A DNA stretch of 64,000 bases, from sequence record OR493421.1; one strand, 5' to 3'. Below the pieces are notes generated by a model, which saw only the letters and a list, made by a program, of their open reading frames with translations, was not told the DNA's origin and made no database searches. Each line of letters starts with the position of its first letter. Position 1 is the stretch's first letter. The position numbers and the translations under genes were made by a program. Positions 55,888 through 64,000 of the stretch are shown here, piece by piece.

Positions 55888-58047
55888 TTAGCTCACTACG
55901 GCAGCGCTAATTATTACACCGTCAGTATCGGATGTGGGTGTTCCGACTTTAGCGCGTTTATTCCCTGTCGAGTCATACCACTCATGAACATCGCCATTAA
56001 CGATATGTTGTCGTGAATATGATTTACTCAGCCCACTATTATGTCCGGTTGACAACGGCATGTCGTTGTTATAAATATTCAGGTTGCCTATTATAAATTT
56101 AGTTTGAGACCCGGCAATAAATGTACCCGGCCTAAATCTAACAATAAGCTGTCCCGTATCATTAGGTATAAAGGGCAATACGCATTTTTGCCATCTGGGG
56201 TTAGTGTCAAGCAGAATATTTCTCCGGTATAGTAAAACGGAACCGTCGGAGTTAAATATTTCAGCTAACACACTTTTGGTTGGCGTGGAAGACGACATCT
56301 TAACTTCAAAGTCGATCCAGGTCTTTTTACCCGCGATTGGATTTATCAGGGCGTATACCCTAGCAGTGGCGTCGGCTGCCGTTACTTCCATTGCTTCATT
56401 TAAACCCCCATATGAGTTATTCATGGGGGTTTTAGTTGCAGACACTGCAGTGAGGTCGGCTGTTATACCAGAGTAAAGGTTATTATAATCTACCTTCTGG
56501 ATCCCTATGTTTAGGGACGAGGCCTGAGGGTGTCCTGATAAATAAGACAGCGGATCGATCGTTTTAAAGACGTCGTTTAAATTGGACAGCGGGTTGATAT
56601 CACTACCTTCCTGTAAAGCCAAGCAATGAGATGCGTCAAACACGTTCGTTCTGCTAAGATTACCTATCGCCGTCTGACCTATACTCGAAGCGAACTCTAT
56701 AATGTATTTAGGCATTCCGCTATCGTACAAATCAGAAAAATACAGATTCCCCACATTAGGCGTGTATGACTTGATCATCGGAGCTACAACAGAACCGTTA
56801 GTGTTGATGACATTATTGGCCAGGAATCTCACCCCAGACAGGTATCCGATGGAAGTTGTTTCCACGTGGTGTCTGTCATTATTAAGGTTATCAGTTAAAC
56901 CTACGCCCGAATTAGCTAAAAGAATATGCGTGTCGCCTTCAACAAGGAACTCCTGTCCGAACTTGTTCGCCAAGAACACCAAACCGCGTCCTGCGTTGTT
57001 GGTCGTTATGCCCGGTTCAATCCAAACATCGTGAGAGTTCCCGGTTCTATTGCCTGTTCTATACCAATCGTTTCTTGAGATATTGAAAGGGGTCGCCGGA
57101 CCATTTGTCGTAGTCCCATTTGTACCCAAAGCCAATTTAATCCCATAAAGGTTGTCGGCAAAAGTACAGTTGTCGATCACCCCGCCGGCGCTATAACCAG
57201 AGATACAAACACCTATCGTATCCTTAGTGACATCACCGTAAAAGAATGAATCCCTGACCCTAACGTACGGCATGTCGATGGAATTATTGCCGATCGCACA
57301 CTCGGTGTATCTCGACATAACTAACCTTTCAAAAAGATGCATGCCGGAAGCATTTCGAGAAGTCGACTTATATCTTACTGCCCCCTTACCACCAGAAATA
57401 GTCATATCACTCAGACCACTTCTCACCGGATTATTTGTAAAGTCAAATAAATATCCTGATGACAGAATGATCTTAGTCGATAACATGCTTTCACCCCTAA
57501 CGTTAAACACGAAAGAGTTAGAGGAAGTTATGTCCAGCCCAGGACCGGTGTAAATAAAACAACCGTTCTCTATAGTCAGCAGCGGTCCTTTCTGCAACAT
57601 AAAGGGTAGTTCGTTAGCACCTGCAGCAGCTCGTTTATACGTGACATCCATTAAACACGCCCACCAATCGTTGAAAGCCTCGGTGTCGTCGGCGCTACCG
57701 TCACCTTTAGCCCCGAAGTTCTTTCTCAGCCCAGCGGTGCCGTCTAAAAGGAGATCGCCTACTTTCCTCGTCATTACCGCCGGGGCCCTGGTAGAAGGAA
57801 CTGAGAGACGATCTTCGACATTACTGCCGTCAGCAGTACCTATCTTGCTCGCCCCGGTGACGCCCGATAACCCACTTAACCACGTTTGGATGAAATTATA
57901 AATCCCACTTAGTGTAAATCTCTTTTTACCGAATCTATCAGTGTATTCAAGATCATCGCTATTAACGACTTCGTCGAGTTTTTCCCCGTTAAAAATCTGA
58001 TCTAAAATATTCCCGCTAGGAATAGGATTCTTAGTTGGCTGTGTCAT
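55888..58047 (-). CDS. tailspike / depolymerase TSP5 with C-terminal CBM-like domain
   Basis: N-anchor; FGAKGDGSADDTEAF; ends WYDSTGNKRAKVGTPTSDTDG. Confidence 0.9.
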   Translation of the reverse strand: MTQPTKNPIPSGNILDQIFNGEKLDEVVNSDDLEYTDRFGKKRFTLSGIYNFIQTWLSGLSGVTGASKIGTADGSNVEDRLSVPSTRAPAVMTRKVGDLLLDGTAGLRKNFGAKGDGSADDTEAFNDWWACLMDVTYKRAAAGANELPFMLQKGPLLTIENGCFIYTGPGLDITSSNSFVFNVRGESMLSTKIILSSGYLFDFTNNPVRSGLSDMTISGGKGAVRYKSTSRNASGMHLFERLVMSRYTECAIGNNSIDMPYVRVRDSFFYGDVTKDTIGVCISGYSAGGVIDNCTFADNLYGIKLALGTNGTTTNGPATPFNISRNDWYRTGNRTGNSHDVWIEPGITTNNAGRGLVFLANKFGQEFLVEGDTHILLANSGVGLTDNLNNDRHHVETTSIGYLSGVRFLANNVINTNGSVVAPMIKSYTPNVGNLYFSDLYDSGMPKYIIEFASSIGQTAIGNLSRTNVFDASHCLALQEGSDINPLSNLNDVFKTIDPLSYLSGHPQASSLNIGIQKVDYNNLYSGITADLTAVSATKTPMNNSYGGLNEAMEVTAADATARVYALINPIAGKKTWIDFEVKMSSSTPTKSVLAEIFNSDGSVLLYRRNILLDTNPRWQKCVLPFIPNDTGQLIVRFRPGTFIAGSQTKFIIGNLNIYNNDMPLSTGHNSGLSKSYSRQHIVNGDVHEWYDSTGNKRAKVGTPTSDTDGVIISAAVVS

Positions 58048-58060
58048 TAAAAACTCCTGT

Positions 58061-58084
58061 TCCCCCTGAGGTTAGTCAGGGGGA
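58061..58084 (-). terminator. hairpin directly upstream of the TSP5 RBS
   Basis: TCCCCCTGA-GGTTAG-TCAGGGGGA; no U-tract. Confidence 0.5.
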
Positions 58085-58091
58085 CGATTGT

Positions 58092-58306
58092 TATCTGGTA
58101 AAGGCTAATGGGGTGCTGGGTCCTTCAGTTAGCCAGTAAACTGGAAGTTTGATGCTTATTGTTCCAGTGATCCCACTGAGTATCAGAGAGGGCCGTACAA
58201 CAATTACATTGCTCGGGTCGGAATAGGTGTGTTGTTTGGTGACTCGCACCCCAACACACTTAGACGTCGTTAACGACGTTCTCATCTACGATAGCCTTTA
58301 CGGACC
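58092..58306 (-). ncRNA. candidate structured RNA / long leader
   Basis: 10-bp closing helix enclosing at least four hairpins in a ~310-bp intergenic gap. Confidence 0.4.
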
Positions 58307-58358
58307 ATAGTCGATGTGAATAGTTGCATCCGCCATTATCATTTCCCGAATGTACACG

Positions 58359-60230
58359 CTAACCAGTAATCAATTCAGCATAAGTATCCTGCAATGTAGC
58401 TAAATTCATTGAATACCTAACCGTCTGTCCTTTACTGACAGTAAAGTTTCCTGAAACTTGCCCTGTCATTTTCGCAAAATACGCGGCGGAATGCCCGTCC
58501 ACTGTAACAATGAACGAACTGTTCGTTGCATCATTGAGTTGCGCTACAAAGTACACTTGTTTTTGACATCTTGTGGTCCACACGGTATCTGTGGTCGATA
58601 CACCCCAACCAATGCGCAGTCGTCTACCGTTGCCTGTTGTCAACGTACCAGCAACATTGACCTCAGATCCTGGCGTGTACAATTTTCCAATGGCGTCCTG
58701 GTGTGGTATGTAAACAGGCGCTCCACTATAAGTCCCCCCAAAATTAATATTTTCGACCGTGATTCTGGAAGAACTATTGTTACCGCCGTACACGGCATAT
58801 GTTGGGCTGGTCTGATTATCTGTGTTCCAGATTATCTGACCATCTTTTATGGTTAGCGTCGCGGGTATGCCATCGTCAATCGCAAAACATGCTTTCGAAC
58901 TAAACCCAAGCGATGTATTACCTTTTGTCACAGCCACATTATGCGCAATCAACCGCACCGATACAGTAGAGACACCATTAAGGCCAGTATACGAACCAAC
59001 TTCAGAGCACAGTCTCGCAAATTGGTTTACTGAAACCCCCTCTGCGTTTTCAATCGTCACATCAGCATAATTTCCGAGTTTAAACACGCAGTTGGGTCCG
59101 TATCCCCTGGCTCTTGAGTAGTGGACTATCGAGTCCACAATTTCTACAGAGTACGCATCTTTCGTTTGCTGAGATGCCGCCGGGTCAGTCTGAGATGCTA
59201 TAAACAGAGCAGAAATAGTGTGGAATCCAGTACAGCCATAGATATAGCTTTCACTAGGCCCCATCAGTTTTTTCGTAATAGCTACTGAGGTGCATTTCTG
59301 GAATTTAAACTTAGCGGGCTGGAAGTTCTCAATATTAATATCATGAGAATCAAGGAAAAAGGCACCTGCCGTGCAGTTACCCTCTAGGATTGAATTAATG
59401 AAACCAAAGCCGTTTGTTCCTGCAAAACAAACCGAACCGCCACAGTTATATGCAACTACTTGGGAGGCTGCGTTTATACTTTGAACGCCAACTTTCTGAG
59501 TCACGCCATCAACAACTACGGTACGACCAAGAGACCCAACAAGCCACCCATTGTAATTCCGACCATTAACAATGAAGGTAGGACCGATAACGTCCTCTTC
59601 GAACCTTACAGCAAAGGATGATGCCTCTCGGTTGTCTGGGAACGCACCTGCGTCTGTTTTATCACCCAAAATATGGATAGATATGAAGGGGTCATAGCAC
59701 CTGATGAACTTAAACTGAGCTTCACCTTTCATTTGATAGTGACCAACAACGCCGGCAATGTTACCACCATAGTTCCAGTAGTGATACGCGGACTCAACCG
59801 TTGACTGAAATACATATTGGCGAGTTATCGGAACCCAATCCTTGGTGTCATTTACAATAATCTTTGAGTTATACCCACTGGCGTCAAACGAATCATTGTA
59901 TGCTGCTAAAAATGCGTTCTCACCACGCAATCCCCTTGCGTAGTAGTTTGATAGCATAATGCATTTATCTTTATTTATAAGCGCGCCTAATGCCGCTTCC
60001 ACTGTAATACCACTGGACGTCCCTACGTTAGACGCCCCGGAACTTGATCCTAGGCTGCTCATCCAATTCTGGATGACGTTATAAAGTCCTGAAAAAGTAA
60101 ATCGCTTCTTACCGAAGCGGTCAGTATATTGGAGGTCGTCGCTATTAACGACCTGGTCTATTTTTTCAGCATTAAAGAGCTGGTCGTTCTTAGCTGAACT
60201 AGGAACGGCGTTTTGTGTTGGGAGTGTCAT
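58359..60230 (-). CDS. tailspike / depolymerase TSP6
   Basis: start moved to ATG 60230 (MTLPTQNAVPSS..., GAGGAA RBS); N-anchor; beta-helix body. Confidence 0.9.
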   Translation of the reverse strand: MTLPTQNAVPSSAKNDQLFNAEKIDQVVNSDDLQYTDRFGKKRFTFSGLYNVIQNWMSSLGSSSGASNVGTSSGITVEAALGALINKDKCIMLSNYYARGLRGENAFLAAYNDSFDASGYNSKIIVNDTKDWVPITRQYVFQSTVESAYHYWNYGGNIAGVVGHYQMKGEAQFKFIRCYDPFISIHILGDKTDAGAFPDNREASSFAVRFEEDVIGPTFIVNGRNYNGWLVGSLGRTVVVDGVTQKVGVQSINAASQVVAYNCGGSVCFAGTNGFGFINSILEGNCTAGAFFLDSHDINIENFQPAKFKFQKCTSVAITKKLMGPSESYIYGCTGFHTISALFIASQTDPAASQQTKDAYSVEIVDSIVHYSRARGYGPNCVFKLGNYADVTIENAEGVSVNQFARLCSEVGSYTGLNGVSTVSVRLIAHNVAVTKGNTSLGFSSKACFAIDDGIPATLTIKDGQIIWNTDNQTSPTYAVYGGNNSSSRITVENINFGGTYSGAPVYIPHQDAIGKLYTPGSEVNVAGTLTTGNGRRLRIGWGVSTTDTVWTTRCQKQVYFVAQLNDATNSSFIVTVDGHSAAYFAKMTGQVSGNFTVSKGQTVRYSMNLATLQDTYAELITG

Positions 60231-60269
60231 TGCTATTCCTCGAGTCAGGAAGGTTGAAATATCGTTAGG

Positions 60270-60278
60270 CATAAAATC
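60270..60278 (-). promoter_or_regulatory. putative late promoter (TATG type)
   Basis: GATTTTATG on minus strand 40 nt before TSP6. Confidence 0.4.
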
Positions 60279-60307
60279 CAACCGCCTATAAGGGCGGTTG
60301 GATTTTA
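60272..60307 (-). terminator. hairpin, 15-bp stem
   Basis: TAAAATCCAACCGCC-TATAAG-GGCGGTTGGATTTTA. Confidence 0.8.
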
Positions 60308-60446
60308 ATTAACCAATGAACAAACATTTTCCGGTAAATTCAACACCCCGGTACCCGGGTAGATGATTCCTTTCCATCTTTGCTACTAGGCATAACGACA
60401 GTGGACTAGTTAAAGACACCCTGTCGGTTACTCAAATCACAACGAG

Positions 60447-62423
60447 TTATTGTTCAAAAACACAAACCGGGCCCATAAAAATGTCCCCGGTCATTTGATA
60501 ATGCCTGAAACCTACATTGGCTTTAACCGCGCCATTTGGAACGGAGATAAAACCACTGCAAATAACTGCGTTCGTAACTGTGCTGGATTGAGTATTCAGG
60601 TTAACCCCAACGTTAACGTGACTAATCTCGCTACCTCTTATGTCATACCAAGTGACGCCGAAATAACCGTTACCAGATGTCGCAACTAAGTTATTCCAGA
60701 GCAACTTAGTTGAAAGATATAATATCCTTCCTGGATGGACCTGAATGTCCTGCCCCACTAATGTTGTTGTTCCGCCTCCAGTTGATGTACCCGTGATTTT
60801 GACAGAATTTCCCAATGTCGGATTGTTGGCAAACGTCACAGTTGGTTTTACTGGCTCACCAGAAGATACTGAATAATCGACAGTCCATCCGGTAAGATCG
60901 CCCGTAGAAAAATTATAGTTTCTCATTGGGGAAACGGTATTTCCTAAATCGAGATAATCTACTCCACCTTGGATGTCGAAGAAAATGTTCTTAATGGAAA
61001 CCTGGGGTCGGCCACTGACAGAGTTCACTACCATGGATGACTGCATTTTACCGTATTTTCCCCAACTCCCCCCGTCCGCACTCAATCGACAAAAACCATT
61101 GGTAAGGAAGAAAGCCGGTTTGCCGGTATTAGTACCTACCTGAGCGACATCATTACCTCCGTCGATATTGACGGAGAAAAGATCGACTTGTGGTTTTCTT
61201 TTACCACTGGTATAAGTGATAACGCCGTAGGGCATTAGAGAATTATTTTCAAAATGACAACCTAAGAAACTTAAGGACCCTGAGTTTAATTTGAAAACAG
61301 TATCTGTGTAATCAAAAGATGTTTTATAGAAGAAGGCGTCAATGAAATGACCGTCTGGGGTCGAATACACTGCCGAAGTGGAGTTATCGGAATTTTTCCC
61401 GTTAAAGATGACACCGCCATTAAAAGATATATTTTCTCCGGCGTCATTTAAACAGTTGAAGTGCACACCATAGCGCCAGAACTTCCCAAGATGCACATTG
61501 TTAAATTGCAAAAGATAGACCGACTTATCTCCAATGTATAAACAGTCTCTAAATCCTTCTATCCAAAGATCATTAAAGACGACCCCCGATACCTGAGTGG
61601 AGTTCCCTGGATAAATCCCGACCCCATCAAGAGTTCCAGAAACTATCAATGGGGGAGAGCTCCACTCATCTCCACCGTACGGACCCTGCAAATTTAATTT
61701 TATTTTACTACCAGCGTTGTAAGTTTTATTAATATCACCCATAACTCTGACTGCGAAACCTGAGTTTAACTTGGTTGGATCGACAATAAGTCTGGACAAT
61801 CCCATGTTCAACTCGCCTTCCCCGGCGTAAACAACGAGCTGCTTAGAAAACAAATATCTCGCGTTAGAATTTTCAGAAGTGATGGTGTGACCCATCAATT
61901 GAAGATTTAAAGCCTTTTGAAGAGAATCGGAATCATCATTAATTTTATTCCCAAAACAACCCGCTTGTTCAAAGGTATATTCCCTTTTTAAGTTCCTCTT
62001 CCATCTCGCCCCCTTGGGAGTAACGAAAATTAGAAACCCGTCATCGTCTGAGGTTTTGTCCAGGGGATCGTAATAAAGCTCACCCCCTCCAACCGGGGGA
62101 GTTGACGAAGCCCCCCATCCAGAGTGATAAGATTTAAGAATAATTCGCTGATAATCTACCGATGGCTCCACGGATCTCAATGTAGTGACGTCGATACAAG
62201 TCCCTATAAATTTAGACCCGTCAGGGAGTCCAACGTTATTTTGAAAATCACTTCCTATCTGATTAATCAGATTCTGAAGTCCGGCGGTAGTTAATCTTTG
62301 TTTACCGAATCGGTCTACGTAATAATTAGCATCAGAGTTAACTATCTGATCTAATTTCTCAAAGTTAAATCTCGAATCCAACAAGTTATTGCTGGGAATC
62401 GGTAATTGGGTAGGTGTGGTCAT
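60447..62423 (-). CDS. tailspike / depolymerase TSP7 with C-terminal CBM-like domain
   Basis: N-anchor; LRS.EP...QRIILKSY..GGG...DDDG...WKR domain; beta-helix; NFSTGDLTGW jelly-roll. Confidence 0.9.
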   Translation of the reverse strand: MTTPTQLPIPSNNLLDSRFNFEKLDQIVNSDANYYVDRFGKQRLTTAGLQNLINQIGSDFQNNVGLPDGSKFIGTCIDVTTLRSVEPSVDYQRIILKSYHSGWGASSTPPVGGGELYYDPLDKTSDDDGFLIFVTPKGARWKRNLKREYTFEQAGCFGNKINDDSDSLQKALNLQLMGHTITSENSNARYLFSKQLVVYAGEGELNMGLSRLIVDPTKLNSGFAVRVMGDINKTYNAGSKIKLNLQGPYGGDEWSSPPLIVSGTLDGVGIYPGNSTQVSGVVFNDLWIEGFRDCLYIGDKSVYLLQFNNVHLGKFWRYGVHFNCLNDAGENISFNGGVIFNGKNSDNSTSAVYSTPDGHFIDAFFYKTSFDYTDTVFKLNSGSLSFLGCHFENNSLMPYGVITYTSGKRKPQVDLFSVNIDGGNDVAQVGTNTGKPAFFLTNGFCRLSADGGSWGKYGKMQSSMVVNSVSGRPQVSIKNIFFDIQGGVDYLDLGNTVSPMRNYNFSTGDLTGWTVDYSVSSGEPVKPTVTFANNPTLGNSVKITGTSTGGGTTTLVGQDIQVHPGRILYLSTKLLWNNLVATSGNGYFGVTWYDIRGSEISHVNVGVNLNTQSSTVTNAVICSGFISVPNGAVKANVGFRHYQMTGDIFMGPVCVFEQ

Positions 62424-62498
62424 AATGCCCTCTTTTCACCAATAAGCATACATGTATGATTACGTTTATGCGGCGTCCCACATACTCGGTCTTCAAAG

Positions 62499-62508
62499 CA
62501 TAAAATTC
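62499..62508 (-). promoter_or_regulatory. putative late promoter (TATG type)
   Basis: GAATTTTATG on minus strand 76 nt before TSP7. Confidence 0.5.
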
Positions 62509-62535
62509 GTTAGTGAAAAAAAAAATGAAATGTTG

Positions 62536-62569
62536 AGTATAGTCCATCCCCTAGGGGATGGACTATACT
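62536..62569 (-). terminator. 34-bp perfect palindrome, terminator-like
   Basis: AGTATAGTCCATCCCCTAGGGGATGGACTATACT followed by T-rich tract on minus strand. Confidence 0.8.
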
Positions 62570-62572
62570 GTT

Positions 62573-62926
62573 TTATGCGGCATTAGGGAACAACTGTCGT
62601 GGTAACAAAAAATCTCTTGCGTGAGACGGCGTTCTCAACGTAATAACGTAAGAATCGGTTTTCTCTTCAACGTCGTAGTCAAAACCTTTTAACCAAAGTT
62701 TAACTTCTTCGGAGTTTAAGAAATCGGCCAACGTCACATCGTGAGGTTTATGCACCGCTTTGTCTTTAATGACGTTAGCGGAGATTGTGCTTTGTTTAAT
62801 AAACTCCGACCAAGAGAGATCTTCTTTTTTCCACCCCTCTTTTACGAAGGAGTAGCCAGCGACACAGATAACAGACAGAGCGAACCAGCCGGATACAACT
62901 AACAGAAATGTACTCATTTTCTTCAT
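62573..62926 (-). CDS. membrane-anchored hypothetical protein
   Basis: N-terminal TM helix. Confidence 0.7.
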   Translation of the reverse strand: MKKMSTFLLVVSGWFALSVICVAGYSFVKEGWKKEDLSWSEFIKQSTISANVIKDKAVHKPHDVTLADFLNSEEVKLWLKGFDYDVEEKTDSYVITLRTPSHARDFLLPRQLFPNAA

Positions 62927-62957
62927 CCTTATTTGGGTAGGGTACGGAGATTTTTGA

Positions 62958-63485
62958 TTATAATGAAACGATAGGGAAGAGGATGTCTATCGCGTAGGGG
63001 TTGATATTGACGAAAGCTTCGCAAGAATACATTTTAAAACTTTCTTGTAAATGATTTGCTAAACATAGGTTGGGGTTAGGTTTATCATTCATTCTAACCC
63101 CAGAGGGGGAGACCGCATAAATATCCAAAGCTAGTAAAATAGCTTCGGATAAGATGTGGTGGTCCGCCGCGGAAGGACGGCCATTTTTCGTGTTCACCAG
63201 ATCAATCTTTACACGGTAACAAGAAGAACTCACTATTTCTGATAATGCTAACTTAAGCTCGGTTTGCTCAATAACAAAATCAGTATTTTTTGCAATATGA
63301 GATCCCGTGATAGCAAACCCTGATTGTAAGAGTGTGCTAGGGTGAGCTTCGTTGATTTTAGACACAGTGTCTACGATAACCTTAACTGCGGCTTTAACCT
63401 GGTCTGAGGTCCTGAGTACTTCAACTGGTACGCGCTGGTGAAGATCTAGCATTAATTTAAAATCTTCTGCAAAATGTTTGGCCAT
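62958..63485 (-). CDS. hypothetical protein
   Basis: 175 aa, AGGAA RBS. Confidence 0.75.
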   Translation of the reverse strand: MAKHFAEDFKLMLDLHQRVPVEVLRTSDQVKAAVKVIVDTVSKINEAHPSTLLQSGFAITGSHIAKNTDFVIEQTELKLALSEIVSSSCYRVKIDLVNTKNGRPSAADHHILSEAILLALDIYAVSPSGVRMNDKPNPNLCLANHLQESFKMYSCEAFVNINPYAIDILFPIVSL

Positions 63486-63516
63486 GATATTTTTCCTAAA
63501 TAAAGGTATTGAAAGG

Positions 63517-63888
63517 TTATTGTGCTTTAGTTTCTTTAAAACATCGAATGGTGGTGGCGGAACTCATTCCTAAGATACCACCCCACCGAGTCATCGAAAC
63601 AATTGACTCTAATCCACGGTCGGCGATATGACGAATCAGTTTGGTTCTCACGACGTTATTCGCAACGTAGATAGGGCACTTGGTGATAGAGAAACTTCTC
63701 CCTAGAACAACGTCCCGGTCTTTGAAATAAAGTAACGTAATCCAAACACCGTGTTTGGTCCCTTTGATCGTCGATTCGATTTTGGTGTGTTCGGGCGGGG
63801 TCTTCAGAAAATTTTCCATTTCATTTAAACTGGAAACGAACTTCGATTCCCAAGCACTAAAAGCGGTTACAATCTCCGGCATCATCAT
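63517..63888 (-). CDS. hypothetical protein
   Basis: start moved to ATG 63888 (ATGA overlap with upstream gene). Confidence 0.7.
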   Translation of the reverse strand: MMMPEIVTAFSAWESKFVSSLNEMENFLKTPPEHTKIESTIKGTKHGVWITLLYFKDRDVVLGRSFSITKCPIYVANNVVRTKLIRHIADRGLESIVSMTRWGGILGMSSATTIRCFKETKAQ

Positions 63889-64000
63889 TCCTTTGGTGTA
63901 CATAGCGCGATGTCGCGTTCAGGATTACGGGATAAGTAGATTAAATCGGCGCCTTCATAATCGCTAAGGTTTTCGATAACGAAGGCATCGGGATCGAGTT
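63885..64000 (-). CDS. 3' end of a gene entering from the right edge (...LDPDAFVIENLSDYEGADLIYLSRNPERDIALCTPKE)
   Basis: open frame from the edge to TGA at 63885. Confidence 0.55.
   Translation of the reverse strand, partial: LDPDAFVIENLSDYEGADLIYLSRNPERDIALCTPKE

Noticed and set aside
58091-58285. 64-aa minus-strand ORF inside the structured spacer
   Set aside because: no convincing RBS or protein-like features; extensive base pairing explains the region better
44801-62423. diversity-generating retroelement or shufflon acting on tailspikes
   Set aside because: no reverse transcriptase, template/variable repeat pair or site-specific recombinase, and no repeated sfx-like sites inside the genes

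Overview
This window is a segment of a large lytic (jumbo-type) bacteriophage genome. About 110 tightly packed ORFs lie on the minus strand, with a single clear plus-strand gene. No capsid, polymerase, integrase, rRNA, tRNA or CRISPR array was seen. Bases 1-44.7 kb are an accessory/early region of small hypothetical, membrane and secreted proteins. It also holds recognisable metabolic and counter-defence genes: an ATP-grasp ligase, two metallophosphoesterases, a DEDD exonuclease, a RyR-domain protein, NadR plus PnuC, an orphan HigA, MazG-like, a SAM methyltransferase, DHFR, a QueC-like PP-loop protein and a DUF2829/Tad2-like protein. A three-gene secreted operon (28.6-29.9 kb) looks like a minimal pilin/chaperone module. 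Bases 44.8-62.4 kb hold seven tailspike/depolymerase genes that share a ~50-aa N-terminal anchor but have unrelated bodies, interrupted by a beta-helix/GNAT/PhoH block. The first tailspike is inverted and is followed by a decapitated copy of another tailspike's leader and start codon. A ~260-nt highly structured spacer or leader sits inside the array. Recurrent long-stem hairpins, a TATATTAC-like early-promoter motif and ATTTTATG late-promoter motifs suggest a phiKZ-like phage of a capsulated enterobacterium. That assignment is inference, because no core genes are in the window. All family assignments come from motif recognition by eye, not from database searches.
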